Assembly (NCBI GenBank): GCA_012295275.1
Contig: CM022665.1
Coordinates: 43,400,001 to 43,464,000, forward strand
DNA length: 64,000 nucleotides
Source: Chrysomallon squamiferum
Taxonomy: Eukaryota > Animalia > Mollusca
Direction of reading: 5' to 3'
Both the position numbers and the translations under genes were made by a program. Below are positions 26,500-38,781 of the stretch, one piece after another. Below the pieces are notes generated by a model that saw only the letters and a program-made list of their open reading frames with translations, was not told the DNA's origin and searched no databases. The first letter of the stretch is position 1. Each line of letters starts with the position of its first letter.

Positions 26500-27814
26500 T
26501 TACTTTCTTTGACACTGTCCAGGAAACCATTTCAGCAAAGCGATGCTTTCGCGTCTAAACACCGGATTCATTACACTGTATATCACAGGATTGACAGCAG
26601 CGTTCAGAAAGTAAGACTTGCTACAGAACTCGTATGCAAGATCCTCAGAAGACGACATCCCATGCTGGAACTTTTTTCCAAAAGTAATCAGCATAGTGAC
26701 TGCGAGATAGGGCAGAAATCCTACAAGCGTGGAGAGAGTAACAACAGCTAGGATCATCGTAGTACGAGTAGTTCTGATCTGAGAAGTTCCAGCTCGTCTT
26801 TTTCATGGCTTTACCTGGCGACGCCATGACGTTCTGTATGTTACTAAAATTCCGCTTTGTTTTTCTGAGAACCGGATCCGAAGAAGACGTTAAAACTGAA
26901 AGTGAACTGTCAGTAACTTTACTAATATTCACTCCATCCGAGTCACTACCGTTCGTTTTCTGCATGTTTCCTTTTGTTGCTGCTCCGTTTGTGTCCTGAT
27001 CTGGAGTACGTGGCAGCTCTATAATGGAAACTGAAGTATTTAGACTCTGACAAACTCTGGTTTGAGAACTTTCTGAAAACGATGTATCTGCTTTTACCCT
27101 GGGAACCTCTTCGCCGATTTTCTTGTATTTTCGTTTGCACACCGTATAAAATATGCTCGCATAGAAGACAATTGCTATGCAGTACGTGATGGAAAATGTC
27201 AAGAAAAGCTGCGCAAGAAACAACAGCGCATAGACGGAGTGGTGCATTGCGTCGCTGTAGCTGCAGTCTTCTCCAAACAGCCCAGGTATCCTGGTTGGCA
27301 CGGTTCGCTTTCCAGCCAAGAACAGCATGGGCCACGTCAGGCACGCCGCCATCGTCATCATCACAGTTGTGAAAGCCCGAGCCTGTTTCTGCGAATAGAT
27401 GCGCAGAGGGTAGCAGACGTGGAAGAACCTGTCGAAGGCGATGCAGAGGAGGACGAAGCCAGACGCCGTGCAGGTGAACGCTTCCAGGAATCGGTTGATC
27501 TTGCATGCAGCAGGGACCGGGAACATGTAAGGATTGGCCAGATCAAACACGACGAACGGGACGCACAAAGAACTGCACAGGTCGACGACTGCCAGCACCA
27601 GGATGAAGTAGTTGGACGTCCTCTTCTTGTATTTGGACTTGTACACGCACACGACCATGGTGTTGCCAAGCAACGACACGGCCATGATTAGGCTGAGGAC
27701 CAGAATCACTGGTAACTGAAACAACATCCGTTGGTGGTTAAGTTTTCCGATCATGTCCGTGTAGTTTTGTCCAGAATAGTTCTGTCCGGAGTTTGGTTGC
27801 ATCTTCGATTCCAT
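26500..27814 (-). CDS. Class A orphan GPCR, cluster gene 4; one +1 frameshift in ICL3 (437 aa if corrected)
   Basis: ORF 26645-27814 holds TM1-5 (GN, LAVVD, DRF, WP). ORF 26500-26757 holds TM6-7 (GFLPY, YEFCSKS, NPVIY). Deleting one base in the T5 run at 26799-26803 joins them (..KAMKRRAGTSQIRTTRTTMIL..). Acceptor TTTTGCAG with AG at 27917-27916. Confidence 0.85.
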
Positions 27815-28485
27815 TTCACGACAAAATGTTTAGGAATAATTTTTGTTGTTTTTGGCATTGGTCTTCGAGTACATTACATGTTGTTGTATTTGTATGATAC
27901 TTTTCAAACAGCGAACTGCAAAATATATGTTAATAATGAATGAGACAGAAATAAATAATCGCTGTTAAATTAGCAAATAACTGCTTGATTAAGTGATGTC
28001 AAACAAATTGGTTTCTTTGTAATTAATACATTTAAAAAAAAAAAGGTTTATGTATGTGTGAGTATGTGAACGTAAATATGTATGTATGTTTGTTTGTTAG
28101 TGTATATGTATATATGCATGTACGTACGTATGTATATATGTGCAAATATAAGGCTGAATCCTAATTTACTTAATTTTTATGCTATTAATTTATTAGATTT
28201 TAAATTAATTAAATTATTTTTTTATTTTGCATGCTACGAGAACTGTTTTCTTCTTTTTTTAATCAACAGCCTAACAAATAAAAGTTTAACCGAACATGAC
28301 CTTGATGTTTTTAATTACGAGATAAATTCCAGACACTCAGCACAGCGAGTCTATTAGTGTTAGATAAAAAACAGAAAGTAGTAATAATAATCACTGATAA
28401 ACTGCCAGTCACCCAGCTAAAATAGGAATCAAACGGCTTAGACTAACCAATACTCTAACTAATTAACTTGACTGGTGTGTGGATA

Positions 28486-28777
<292 letters not shown>

Positions 28778-30871
28778 GTGTGCGTGTTTTATATTAAAAC
28801 GACAGTTTACATGCTCTGGCTAGCATTCTTCTCATTAATCTGTAGCTGATATCCATGAAATGTGTATAAACATTTTTTTTTTTCATTTAAATAAGAATAA
28901 TAATAAGAACAAAAAGAACAAAAAGAAGAAGAATAACAACAAAAGTAACAATAACTGTAAAGCAAAATATATTATTTTTCTCTTAAACTACCTTGCCATT
29001 CTAAACTTCGAAAAGATAAAATAATATTTATAGATCTGTTTTTATTTTGGTAAAAACCAATCTTTGTCTATTTTGTTTAGTAACAATATTACATTTTTTC
29101 TTCTCCTGACACTACTGTTATTTGTTTCTGAATTCAAATCAACAAAGCATAAAGACTGTAAATATTAATTTATATTTAAAATATGGATAAAAAAGAGAGA
29201 AACAGACTTACCCAAATCATTCTCTGCAACACTTCTACAGTTCTACTCTTGCCATGTAGCATATGTTGTTTCGGGCTTTTTTTTTTTTTTTTTTTTTTTT
29301 TATCTTTGTGTGTATACATATGCATGTGTTTGTGTTTTCTGACCAGGTTTTTACTCTATCTGGGCCAGTTGTCCACACAGGTGATATCTCCAGCTGTTTA
29401 CACAGCTGATGAAGACTACAAATTCTACAGAATGAACTGCGGGTAATGGGCTGTGTTGTAACGTGTGTATTTACGATGATTGTTAAATAAATCACTGTAA
29501 CGCAAACAATAGGACGCAGAGCGTGACCCTTGTAAACCACTGTCCATTTTTGCCCGTTCAGACTATAGACCTTTTGTTTTTGGATTAGCTTTTTGTTTAA
29601 GTTTTTGTTATGTAATTACGTTTATGTATTTATTTCTATTACTCACTGTTACATATAAATTAGACTAATCTAATTATCTATTTCTCTGTGAGTAAAAGAT
29701 TATTATTATTATTATTATTGTTGTTGTTGTTGTTGTTGTATTTTTTGTTGTAACTGTTAATTAAGAATAAACAAACAAATAACAAATACAAAAATATTTA
29801 AGAAATATATAATTAAAAGCAGCGAAGCGTCTAAAATAACAGTCATAAACATCATTTGGAGTAATTCACACTGAGAATATAACTATTTCAATTGTTTCAT
29901 ACACAAGCATTTTTAAAGCTGACACCAGTATCACACATAAATATTTATTCGCTTACTAACAACGGAAACAATGACGATTAAATGCACAGAATGAGATATC
30001 AGAATGTTACTGCAGCAGCCTTTCAAGATGTTACGTAAGAAATACAAACTAAAGAATTACAAGTAACGAAACACTAATAGGTTGCTACTTGTAATACTGA
30101 TGCGTGAAAGCTAATGGTCCGTTGCAGTCTCGCACAAAATATTCACGGAGTGAAAAAAAAAAAAAAAAAAAAAATAAAATAAATAAATAAATAAAATAAA
30201 ATAAAATAAAAAATAAAAAAAAATAAATATAAATAATAATTAAAAAAAAATAAAAATAAAAGTTAAATATTATTTTTGTTTTTAAAATAACAATAAAAAT
30301 AAAATAAATTTAGAAAAATTAGAAAAATAAAAATAAATAGTTCATAGTTATTTTTTACTTAATATCATTTTTATTTTTTAAATATAATAATAAAAACAAT
30401 AAAAATAAAATAAATTAATAAAAATTAGAAAAATAAAAATAAGAATAATAAATAAATTAATTAAAATAAATGAATAATAATAAACAAAATGAGTGAATGA
30501 AAAAATGGATGGATGAATAAATGAATAAATAAATGAATGAATGATAAGAAAATAAAACGACAAAGTCTTTTTTTTTTCATTATTATTTTAAAGCTACAAA
30601 TGTTTAGTCTAGTCGTATCTAGATTATGTCTACGATATAGTAATATGCTTGAACTAATTCCGTAATGGACACTTTGACTAATACCCTTTCATACATTTAA
30701 ACTAGATATAGTAATGTAAGGCATGTAATAATTAATACACCATTCCTAGCATATGGTAAAATGCACCTGGATATTTTAAATCAAATTTATTGATTCCTTT
30801 TGGTCCTTTTTGTTGTGTATTTATATACAATGATAGCGTCTGTGTGTTTGTGTGTGTGTGTGTGTGTGTGT

Positions 30872-30879
<8 letters not shown>

Positions 30880-30950
<71 letters not shown>

Positions 30951-31019
30951 TCTGGTGAGAAACAGCAATACAGTTTATAAGCCATTAAATTAACTAAGAG
31001 TCATAAATAGCTCTGAAGG
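30880..31019 (-). repeat. Inverted second copy of the head + (TC)n element
   Basis: Revcomp of 30947-31019 reads CCTTCAGAGCTATTTATGACTCTTAGTTAATTTAATGGCTTATAAACTGTATTGCTGTTTCTCACCAGAAATT, then (CT)n. Confidence 0.8.
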
Positions 31020-31118
31020 ATCAAGAGAAACAGGCAGAGAGATAGATAGAAAAAGAAAGATGGAGTTTTTATTGTTGTCTGCTTGATTGCTTATCATCAT
31101 TATCATTATTACTATCGC

Positions 31119-31152
<34 letters not shown>

Positions 31153-31217
31153 CCTGAAAGCGCATAGTCAATAATTATTCAGTTAGTTTTAAAAACAGTT
31201 CATTGTTAGTAAACAGT

Positions 31218-32555
31218 TCATTTTCTGTGAAACACGCTAAAAACTTTCTTCAGTATCGCCACACTTTCACGTCTGAAGGCAGGATTCAACGCGCTGTATA
31301 TTATGGGATTCGCCGCGCCGTTCAGAAAATACGACTTCGAACAGAACTCGTAAGCGATGTCTTCTCCCCGAGACATCCCAGGCTTGAAATAGTGGCCAAA
31401 GTTGATCATCAGGCTCACAATAAGGTAAGGCATGTACGCTAGAACGGCAGCAAGAGTAACCAAGGCCAACATAACCGTGGTATGAGTTGTCCGTATCTTC
31501 GCAACACTCGATCCGAGAATTTTAGGGACGTTCCGAGATCGGGCAGGATGCGACTTTTTAGATTTGGTCTTGTCGCCTGTTCCGTTCAGTCTGAGGTTTG
31601 TCTCTGGAGTGCTTTTGCAGCCGTCTTTACCGTTTTGAATATTAATTGCGTCGTTTCGTACTTCTGGTTCATTCTGTTGTTGTTGTTGTTGTTGTTGTTG
31701 CTGGTGCCCCAAAGTTTGTTGTTCGAAACTTCTGTATGTGCCTGGTTTGGAATATTCGATGGATGAAACGGTATTGTTACAAATTTCTTTCTTCCGTCTG
31801 TGTTTGCTGCTGTGAAACGAAGTCTCTCTGTTGACTACGGCGCATTGCTCTCCTATAGTCGTTTGTCTTCTTTTGAATATAACGTAAAATATTCTTCCAT
31901 AAAAGATGGAAAATATGCACATGTTTACGAAGAACGTGAAAAGCAGACTGCTCTGAAAGAGGAATGTGTAAACCGTATTATGCATGCCGTCCCTGTAGCT
32001 GCAGTCGCTTCCGAATAGCCCAGGAATCCGAGTTGGCACCGTCCTTTTTCCAGCTAAGAAAAGAATGGGCCACGCCACACTGGCAGCCAAAACCAGCATG
32101 ACGATGTTCAAGGAATGCGCCTGGTTGTTCGAGTAGACCCGAAGTGGGTAGCAGACGTGGAAGTATCTGTCGAAGGCGATGCAGACGAGAACGAGGCCAG
32201 ATGCTGTGCACGACCACGCCTCCATGAATCTGTTTATTTTGCACAGTATCGGCACCGGGTACATGAACGGGAAGGACAGGTCAAATAGAACGAAAGGGAT
32301 GCATAAAGAGCTGCACAGGTCGACTACCGCCAGCACCAGGATGAAGTAGTTGGACGTCCTTTTCTTGTATTTGGACTTGTACACGCACACCACCAGCGTG
32401 TTGCCAATCAACGACACCGTCATGATGATGCTGAGCATCACAGACACCGGCAGTTGAAACAACATACGCTCGTAATTCAGCTTTCCCATGATGTCGGTGA
32501 GGTTGCGGCCGGTGTAGTTCTCGTTGGCACGGACAAACATATGTGGGTTTCGCAT
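31218..32555 (-). CDS. Class A orphan GPCR, cluster gene 5 (445 aa, single coding exon, Q10 tract in ICL3)
   Basis: Intact 7TM ORF with GN, LAVVD, C-KINRFME, DRY, WP, AYMPY and NPIIY. Near-identical to gene 4 in TM1-TM3. Acceptor CTTTCTCCTTGCAG with AG at 32617-32616. Confidence 0.95.
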   Translation of the reverse strand: MRNPHMFVRANENYTGRNLTDIMGKLNYERMLFQLPVSVMLSIIMTVSLIGNTLVVCVYKSKYKKRTSNYFILVLAVVDLCSSLCIPFVLFDLSFPFMYPVPILCKINRFMEAWSCTASGLVLVCIAFDRYFHVCYPLRVYSNNQAHSLNIVMLVLAASVAWPILFLAGKRTVPTRIPGLFGSDCSYRDGMHNTVYTFLFQSSLLFTFFVNMCIFSIFYGRIFYVIFKRRQTTIGEQCAVVNRETSFHSSKHRRKKEICNNTVSSIEYSKPGTYRSFEQQTLGHQQQQQQQQQQNEPEVRNDAINIQNGKDGCKSTPETNLRLNGTGDKTKSKKSHPARSRNVPKILGSSVAKIRTTHTTVMLALVTLAAVLAYMPYLIVSLMINFGHYFKPGMSRGEDIAYEFCSKSYFLNGAANPIIYSALNPAFRRESVAILKKVFSVFHRK

Positions 32556-33258
32556 ATTTTATCCTGAAACGTTTCGAGTCTGTTATGACAAAATCGTTTC
32601 CTTCTGTTGAGCCAGCTGCAAGGAGAAAGACCATATTTAACAGACACAAGAAGAACAAAAAATTAAAATTAAAAACGAAATGGGATTTATCATTCTATTT
32701 ATATAGATCCCAGATGGTTTGGTCATAAATTATGCGCACAGTATACATAGTCTTTGTAAAGAACATTTAGTTAGCAGAATTTATCTCAGAAGTGAAATAC
32801 TTAACGGATCATTTGTCGATCCTCCCTTGATAGGCCCTTTGGGCTATTTCTCGCTCCAACTTCTGCTCTATATTTTATCTGGTGAAAGGGTCCTAAAAGA
32901 TCAACTGAGAATATTTTTTTTCTGTATCAGTGTACCTAACGTTGTGTATGATGCTATATAAAAATAACTATGGTTAAGTTCTAAGAACACAAGGCTGATG
33001 AATAATTAGTCCCAAGATCAGTCAGCAGCGCGCTCACGAGATTATTTCCCATTCCAGCCAGTATCTCTTTGTCATAGACCGTGAATCACTGTCAGAAATG
33101 CTTAAAAAAGCTTGGAAGTTTCCTGACTTATTATCTGAACTGAATATACGACGTTACAGTAACAGTAAATAAAATAGCTTTTATCATTAGCTGTAAATTT
33201 AAATCCATTATTACATGTGATCGTGTATGTATATATACACACACACACGCGCGCGTAC

Positions 33259-33367
<109 letters not shown>

Positions 33368-34393
33368 CCTCCCGCCAACACTAATAACAAAAATAAGAGC
33401 AACAATATCTACCCGGCGTGCATAGTGTTTTTCGAATATTTCGGTATCTGTCATAATTTTAATACTTTTGAGTTCCTCTGATTGAAAACTGACCCTGTTT
33501 TCACCCGATTACATAAGAAAAATATTTATCTCACTGGAGAAACATTTCAGGCTATGACTGCATCAAGTATTTAACAAACTACCGAGCGCCCCCTGGATAT
33601 TTATTGCCGATGAACTGACCTGAAATCATAATCTTTTGTTCTGGCCCAGAATGCGCAAGCTGTTTCACGGTACAGAACGTATAGATTTCGTAACAGTGCT
33701 TCGTCAAAGGTTTTGCCAGTAATTTAAACTGTAGCAGGCGCCATGATATGAATAATGTCACTCACTAAAACTAGTCATGGCAGGCTTTTGTTTGTTCAAT
33801 GGCTAGATACATTATTTATTTATCGCCATCGATACTTTATTGTTAGTAAAGGTTGTTAGAAAGTAAGAAAAACAAAAAAAAAAAACAATTACTCTGATAT
33901 GTAGATAATGGGTTACAGGGGTATTTGCTAGCGTTAATGTTTCCGATATTTTAACAAAATCGAGTAAATCTTGCGGAACGATTTCATTTGGCGTCGTACG
34001 AAACATTTATCAAAGGTTGTGGTACGTGTTTTCCTGCTATGTAATAGAAATGCAACAGATGATTGATCGAGAAGGGTGATACAGGATCAGGACAGCGGGT
34101 TTCCTTTATGATATCATCATTATAAATAATAATAATAATAGTTCAAGAATAATAATAATAATACCGTCAGGAAGCTATCAGTGTTTAATACTGCAATATC
34201 TGGAGAAGACAAATATTCATTTTATTAAAATATCTAGTGTATACATTATATCAATACAAAATGTATTTATTTATTGATTGATTGATTGATTGATTGTTGT
34301 TGTTGTTGTTGCTACGAAGAAGCATCATCATTTTAGTACGTAAGATAACAATTTTCACAGCACTTTAATTCATGACGATCTAATTAAAAATAA

Positions 34394-34440
<47 letters not shown>

Positions 34441-35654
34441 ACAGATATGCGTAACAAGGTTTACCTGGCGATTATACTTAACAAATCTGATGACAACATA
34501 TCTTAAATACACTTCTGTCTTCAGTTGTTCATCCAGTAATGAAAAAAACGTAAATGTATGCTACTTAACTTGACTGTAACAGTATATAATGTGGACACCC
34601 AGTATTCAATATACTTCAGTCTTTAACAGCAAGGTGAACTTAAAGTAAGCTTAGCCGCTTAATTGAAAAGTAATAATAATTTTTTTCAAAAAGAAAAAAG
34701 TAATAAACTCCATTCTATAGATGGGATCCTGAGCTATCGTTCATCGTACAGTGACGTCATACATGCTTGATGCTTGCATAGTGAATATAAAGCCAAGGCA
34801 ACATAAAAATAAAACAACAGTTATTTATAACTGCCCCGCATATGGTACAAAGTTGTTAATTCTTTTATTTTAATTTAATTTTTAATTCATGTTTTAAGCC
34901 AGATTAGATTAATTCACATCATAGATAAAGAAACAGTAAATATATATTATAATTATTAGCAGGTGGTAAATGTTAAAGTACTGTAATAATATTTTCATTA
35001 ATCTGAATTTAAATCACAACCATCATCATTATCAGTGCATCATACCCTTCACCATAGTTATTACTGTTGTTGTTATTGTTAGTTTGTTGTTGTTGTTGTC
35101 GTCGTTGTCGTCATCATCATCATCATCATCATTATTATTATTATAAAGCAATTTACACATGCCCATTTAATCGTTTATAACTCACAAGACTGTATTTAAA
35201 ATGGCAAAGTTCTGGCACGTCTAACAAAGGGAAAACAATATAAATACATTTTAAAAATATTTATTTATTATTACTTTTATCTAAATATTTTAACTTCTTT
35301 CTTTGTTATTATATACAGAGATTTATACTTTGTGACAGTCATGCAGTTTTGGAAACTATTTAAAAATCTTAAAGAATTCCATCGCTAATTTTTCATTAAT
35401 CAAATTTATTATTATACCAGTCTCAGTTCCATGAACACCTCATTGCAACACCAAAACATTTTACAGTAAACCCATTTCAAATGCACATTCTAACAATTAC
35501 AAAGGCTAATAATCACCCGTCGTTCTCAATTTAACTGAATCGAAATACAATTTATTTCTTATCGTTACAGAAACAGTCTATTTTAATGTCTTCCGACATT
35601 TAAAAGCATTCAATTTTCGCTTTATGTAGAACAAGTTAATGAAATTTTACTTAC

Positions 35655-35885
35655 TTGGACAGTCCGAATAAAGCAATTTAGAAATTCCTTGTTTACGCTG
35701 AAACTGCGGTCAGGTGAACGAAAACTGAACCTTCTGTCTTACCACGAGAAACCTTTGTACGGGGTCAGCCCGATTCTGTTCATTCAAGCGTGAAATATCA
35801 CCAGCCAGTAACTTAATGAGATTGTCCCTTATGACTGGGAGAACTCACTAGGGTCCTGGCCTCTGAACGACCCTCGGGGAAACTA
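35655..35885 (-). promoter_or_regulatory. Putative 5' non-coding exon and promoter of GPCR gene 5
   Basis: GC-richer island with donor CAA|GTAAGT at 35654 and Inr-like TCAGTT at 35728..35723. Upstream lie TTAATGAG (homeodomain-like, about 35813-35820) and CCCTCGGGGA (COE/EBF-like, 35871-35880). Confidence 0.35.
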
Positions 35886-36959
35886 TAAAAAAAAAAAAAT
35901 AATAATAATAGCGATGACGTTAAATCAATTATTTATTGCTTTGTTATGGTTTTGCAACTAGATATATGCATTATTTCAGGAAATTAAATCTTTGTTAATT
36001 GACGAATCATCTTTTTGTTTACTCAGGTGTGAGAAAATACAGTCTGTTTATTATATATTTATTCCTGTATCCAAGTAATAATGTGTTTGTTTTTTTCCAG
36101 TATTCAAGTAAATTATAATTATTTAAATGTTTAAATATTTTTTATTTGATTTTACAGTTTTCTGTTTCTTTTTACATTTAGCGCTGTGAAAGATTCTGGT
36201 TTTTGCACGGTCTTTCAAAAGAGATATTTTATGCACAATAAAACTTCCTTATTTAAAGATAAATAATTATTTCATATATCTAAATAAATAAATAAATAAA
36301 TGGATAAAAAAAAAATTGTAGCAGTGGTCGTAGGATCAATAAATAATTAAATAATTTTAAAATTAAAAAATATATATACGTGTTTCATTTAACTACACAT
36401 TATTTTAAAAGTTTTTAAACTAAAATTATTTAATATTTAATAATTTGTTTGTACATTACTGATGAAATTTAAACATTATTTTTATGTTATTTTATTTAAT
36501 TGTCAAATAATTAAAATAAAATTTAAAAATTACAGTTTAGTTCTTCCAGTGTAATGGAGTAACGCTTTTGCTGTGAAAAGAAAACTCGTCTCGTTTTGTA
36601 TTATTTTTCTGTAACTCAATCATGTGTTGTCAACAGTCTCGTCTTCAGACAATGTCTCTAATTAATGTAATCGATTTATCACATATCGATCAGTGAAACT
36701 ATAACAGTGTATTTTGGAATGTGTGCGTTTCTGTATGTATTTCTATGTGTGAGTGATTCAGATTCTTCACCATGATTCGTGATAAAATATGATAATAATA
36801 ATTTGTTTTTAATTGATATCTGCTTACTTTTAATTAAATGTCCGTACAAAATTATTCAGTTGATTCTATTAGAGACAAAGAAAGAAAGAAAAGCACATTT
36901 GCTTTATATTGGAAACTAATTCAAAATGCCTAAATTACTGTAACTATTTATTAGTACTT

Positions 36960-36994
<35 letters not shown>

Positions 36995-37254
36995 TACATT
37001 TATTTATCTATCTATGCAATATGGAATACTTTAGAAAATGTTATACGTTTGTAGAAGTACATTATTGTTTGCTAAACAAAACAAAATATTTATTGAAATA
37101 ATTCTGAAATATATTATGTAACATAGATTTTTACTTTCTATATTTTATTTATTATTGTTATTTCATAATTTACAACAGACGTTATTTAACCTGTTGATGC
37201 ATGCATTTCTTATTTCCATCAGTATAACTTTGCTTTTTAAATCTCATTAGAGTA

Positions 37255-37324
37255 ATCTCCCATCACGGAAGTAAAATGATGAATATTTCTGCCAATTTTG
37301 AAAAGAGATTTTAGTGTTTTCTGT
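37255..37324 (+). promoter_or_regulatory. RAD51B proximal promoter / 5' region
   Basis: ETS motif CGGAAGT at 37266-37272, CHR-like TTTGAA at 37297-37302, and a CpG-containing patch around exon 1. Confidence 0.4.
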
Positions 37325-37408
37325 ATGTCATCAAAACGACTGCGACGTGTAGGCTTGCCTGGACATATTCTAGAGAGGCTGTCAAAGTGTAATATTCATA
37401 CGTGTAAA
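37325..37408 (+). CDS. RAD51B: RAD51B coding exon 1
   Basis: MSSKRLRRVGLPGHILERLSKCNIHTCK|gtaaga (human MGSKKLKRVGLSQELCDRLSRHQILTCQ). Confidence 0.9.
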
Positions 37409-38742
37409 GTAAGAAAAGTTCCGCTTTCTCAAAAAAATAACACTAAAGCATTCTGAAAAATTCGCGGCAATATTTCGATCAAAATTTACGATTATACAAA
37501 TTTATAGCTTTAAACCATCCGTCACTTTCTGGGTTATACTGTTTTATATTGCCAGGATACCTTATATTTTAATATAAACAGATATGTCTGCTGTAACAGT
37601 ACATTTTATGCAGCAGCCATAAACAAATTTTAAATGAACATGCTAAAAATTCGCCCTTAGCAGGTGCCCTGATTTTCCTAGAAATTTTTTTTTTTTTTTA
37701 ATATACACGCAAGAACATGCATTAATCCATTGATTATTCATTTTTTGTTGTTATTAGGTATTTTAAAAATTGAATTTGTTTTTCATTTCTCCATTTTTAA
37801 ATTCAGACGGTAAAGTAAAAACAATGTAAATGAAATCTAATTATAATAAGTTATTTTTTAATTAAAATATTAATTAATAATCTTTTACAATTTATATATA
37901 TTTTTAATTTTTAATTTTTTAAAAATAAAATGTATATTTATATTGATTTATTTGTTTGTAGGATGTTTTGTCAAAATCATTTATAGAGTTACTGAAATTA
38001 ACAGCTTCAGGCTATTTCACAGTAAATGATTTGATTCAGAAATGCAGTGAAGCATGTATTCCAACTTCAGAAACAGTAAGTAAATAAGTTCAGCAACAAA
38101 AATTATATATATATATAACCTATATTCACAGAATATAAATGTTATTTTTTATTTTTTTTTTTTCCTTTCTTGTGCCTTACAGAACTAGTTCTAATATTTA
38201 ACACTTATTTTATTGCATAAAATGATTAAGTAATCGTTGCTGAGTGTATTTTTTTTTTTTTGTATTCAGAATCATGCAATAATTTATTCAGAGATATATG
38301 TAATACTATTACATATGTATTTATTTAGCTTAATTATTGAAAAATTAAATGCCTGAACTATTGATAAAGTAGCAGTGTATTTTAAAATAATATTATATAC
38401 TGGACTTTAAATAAAGTAAATTTCTGTAATTAACAGATGAAAATATGCTTATTAATTTGATTTTAAATTTTAATTAAAAAAATTGATATGTGTAATACAT
38501 ATAATATTTGTTTATTTTCTGTTATTATTGTTGTTGTTTTGATTACTGGTTATTGTTTATTATTATTATTATTACTACTATTACTATTATTATTATTATT
38601 ATTATTACCACTTTTATTATTATTATTGTTACCACTGCTATTATTCCTCCTATTATTATTGTTATTACTACTACTACTACCACTACTACTACTGCTACTA
38701 CTACTACTACTACTACTACTGCTACTACTACTGCTACTACTA

Positions 38743-38781
<39 letters not shown>

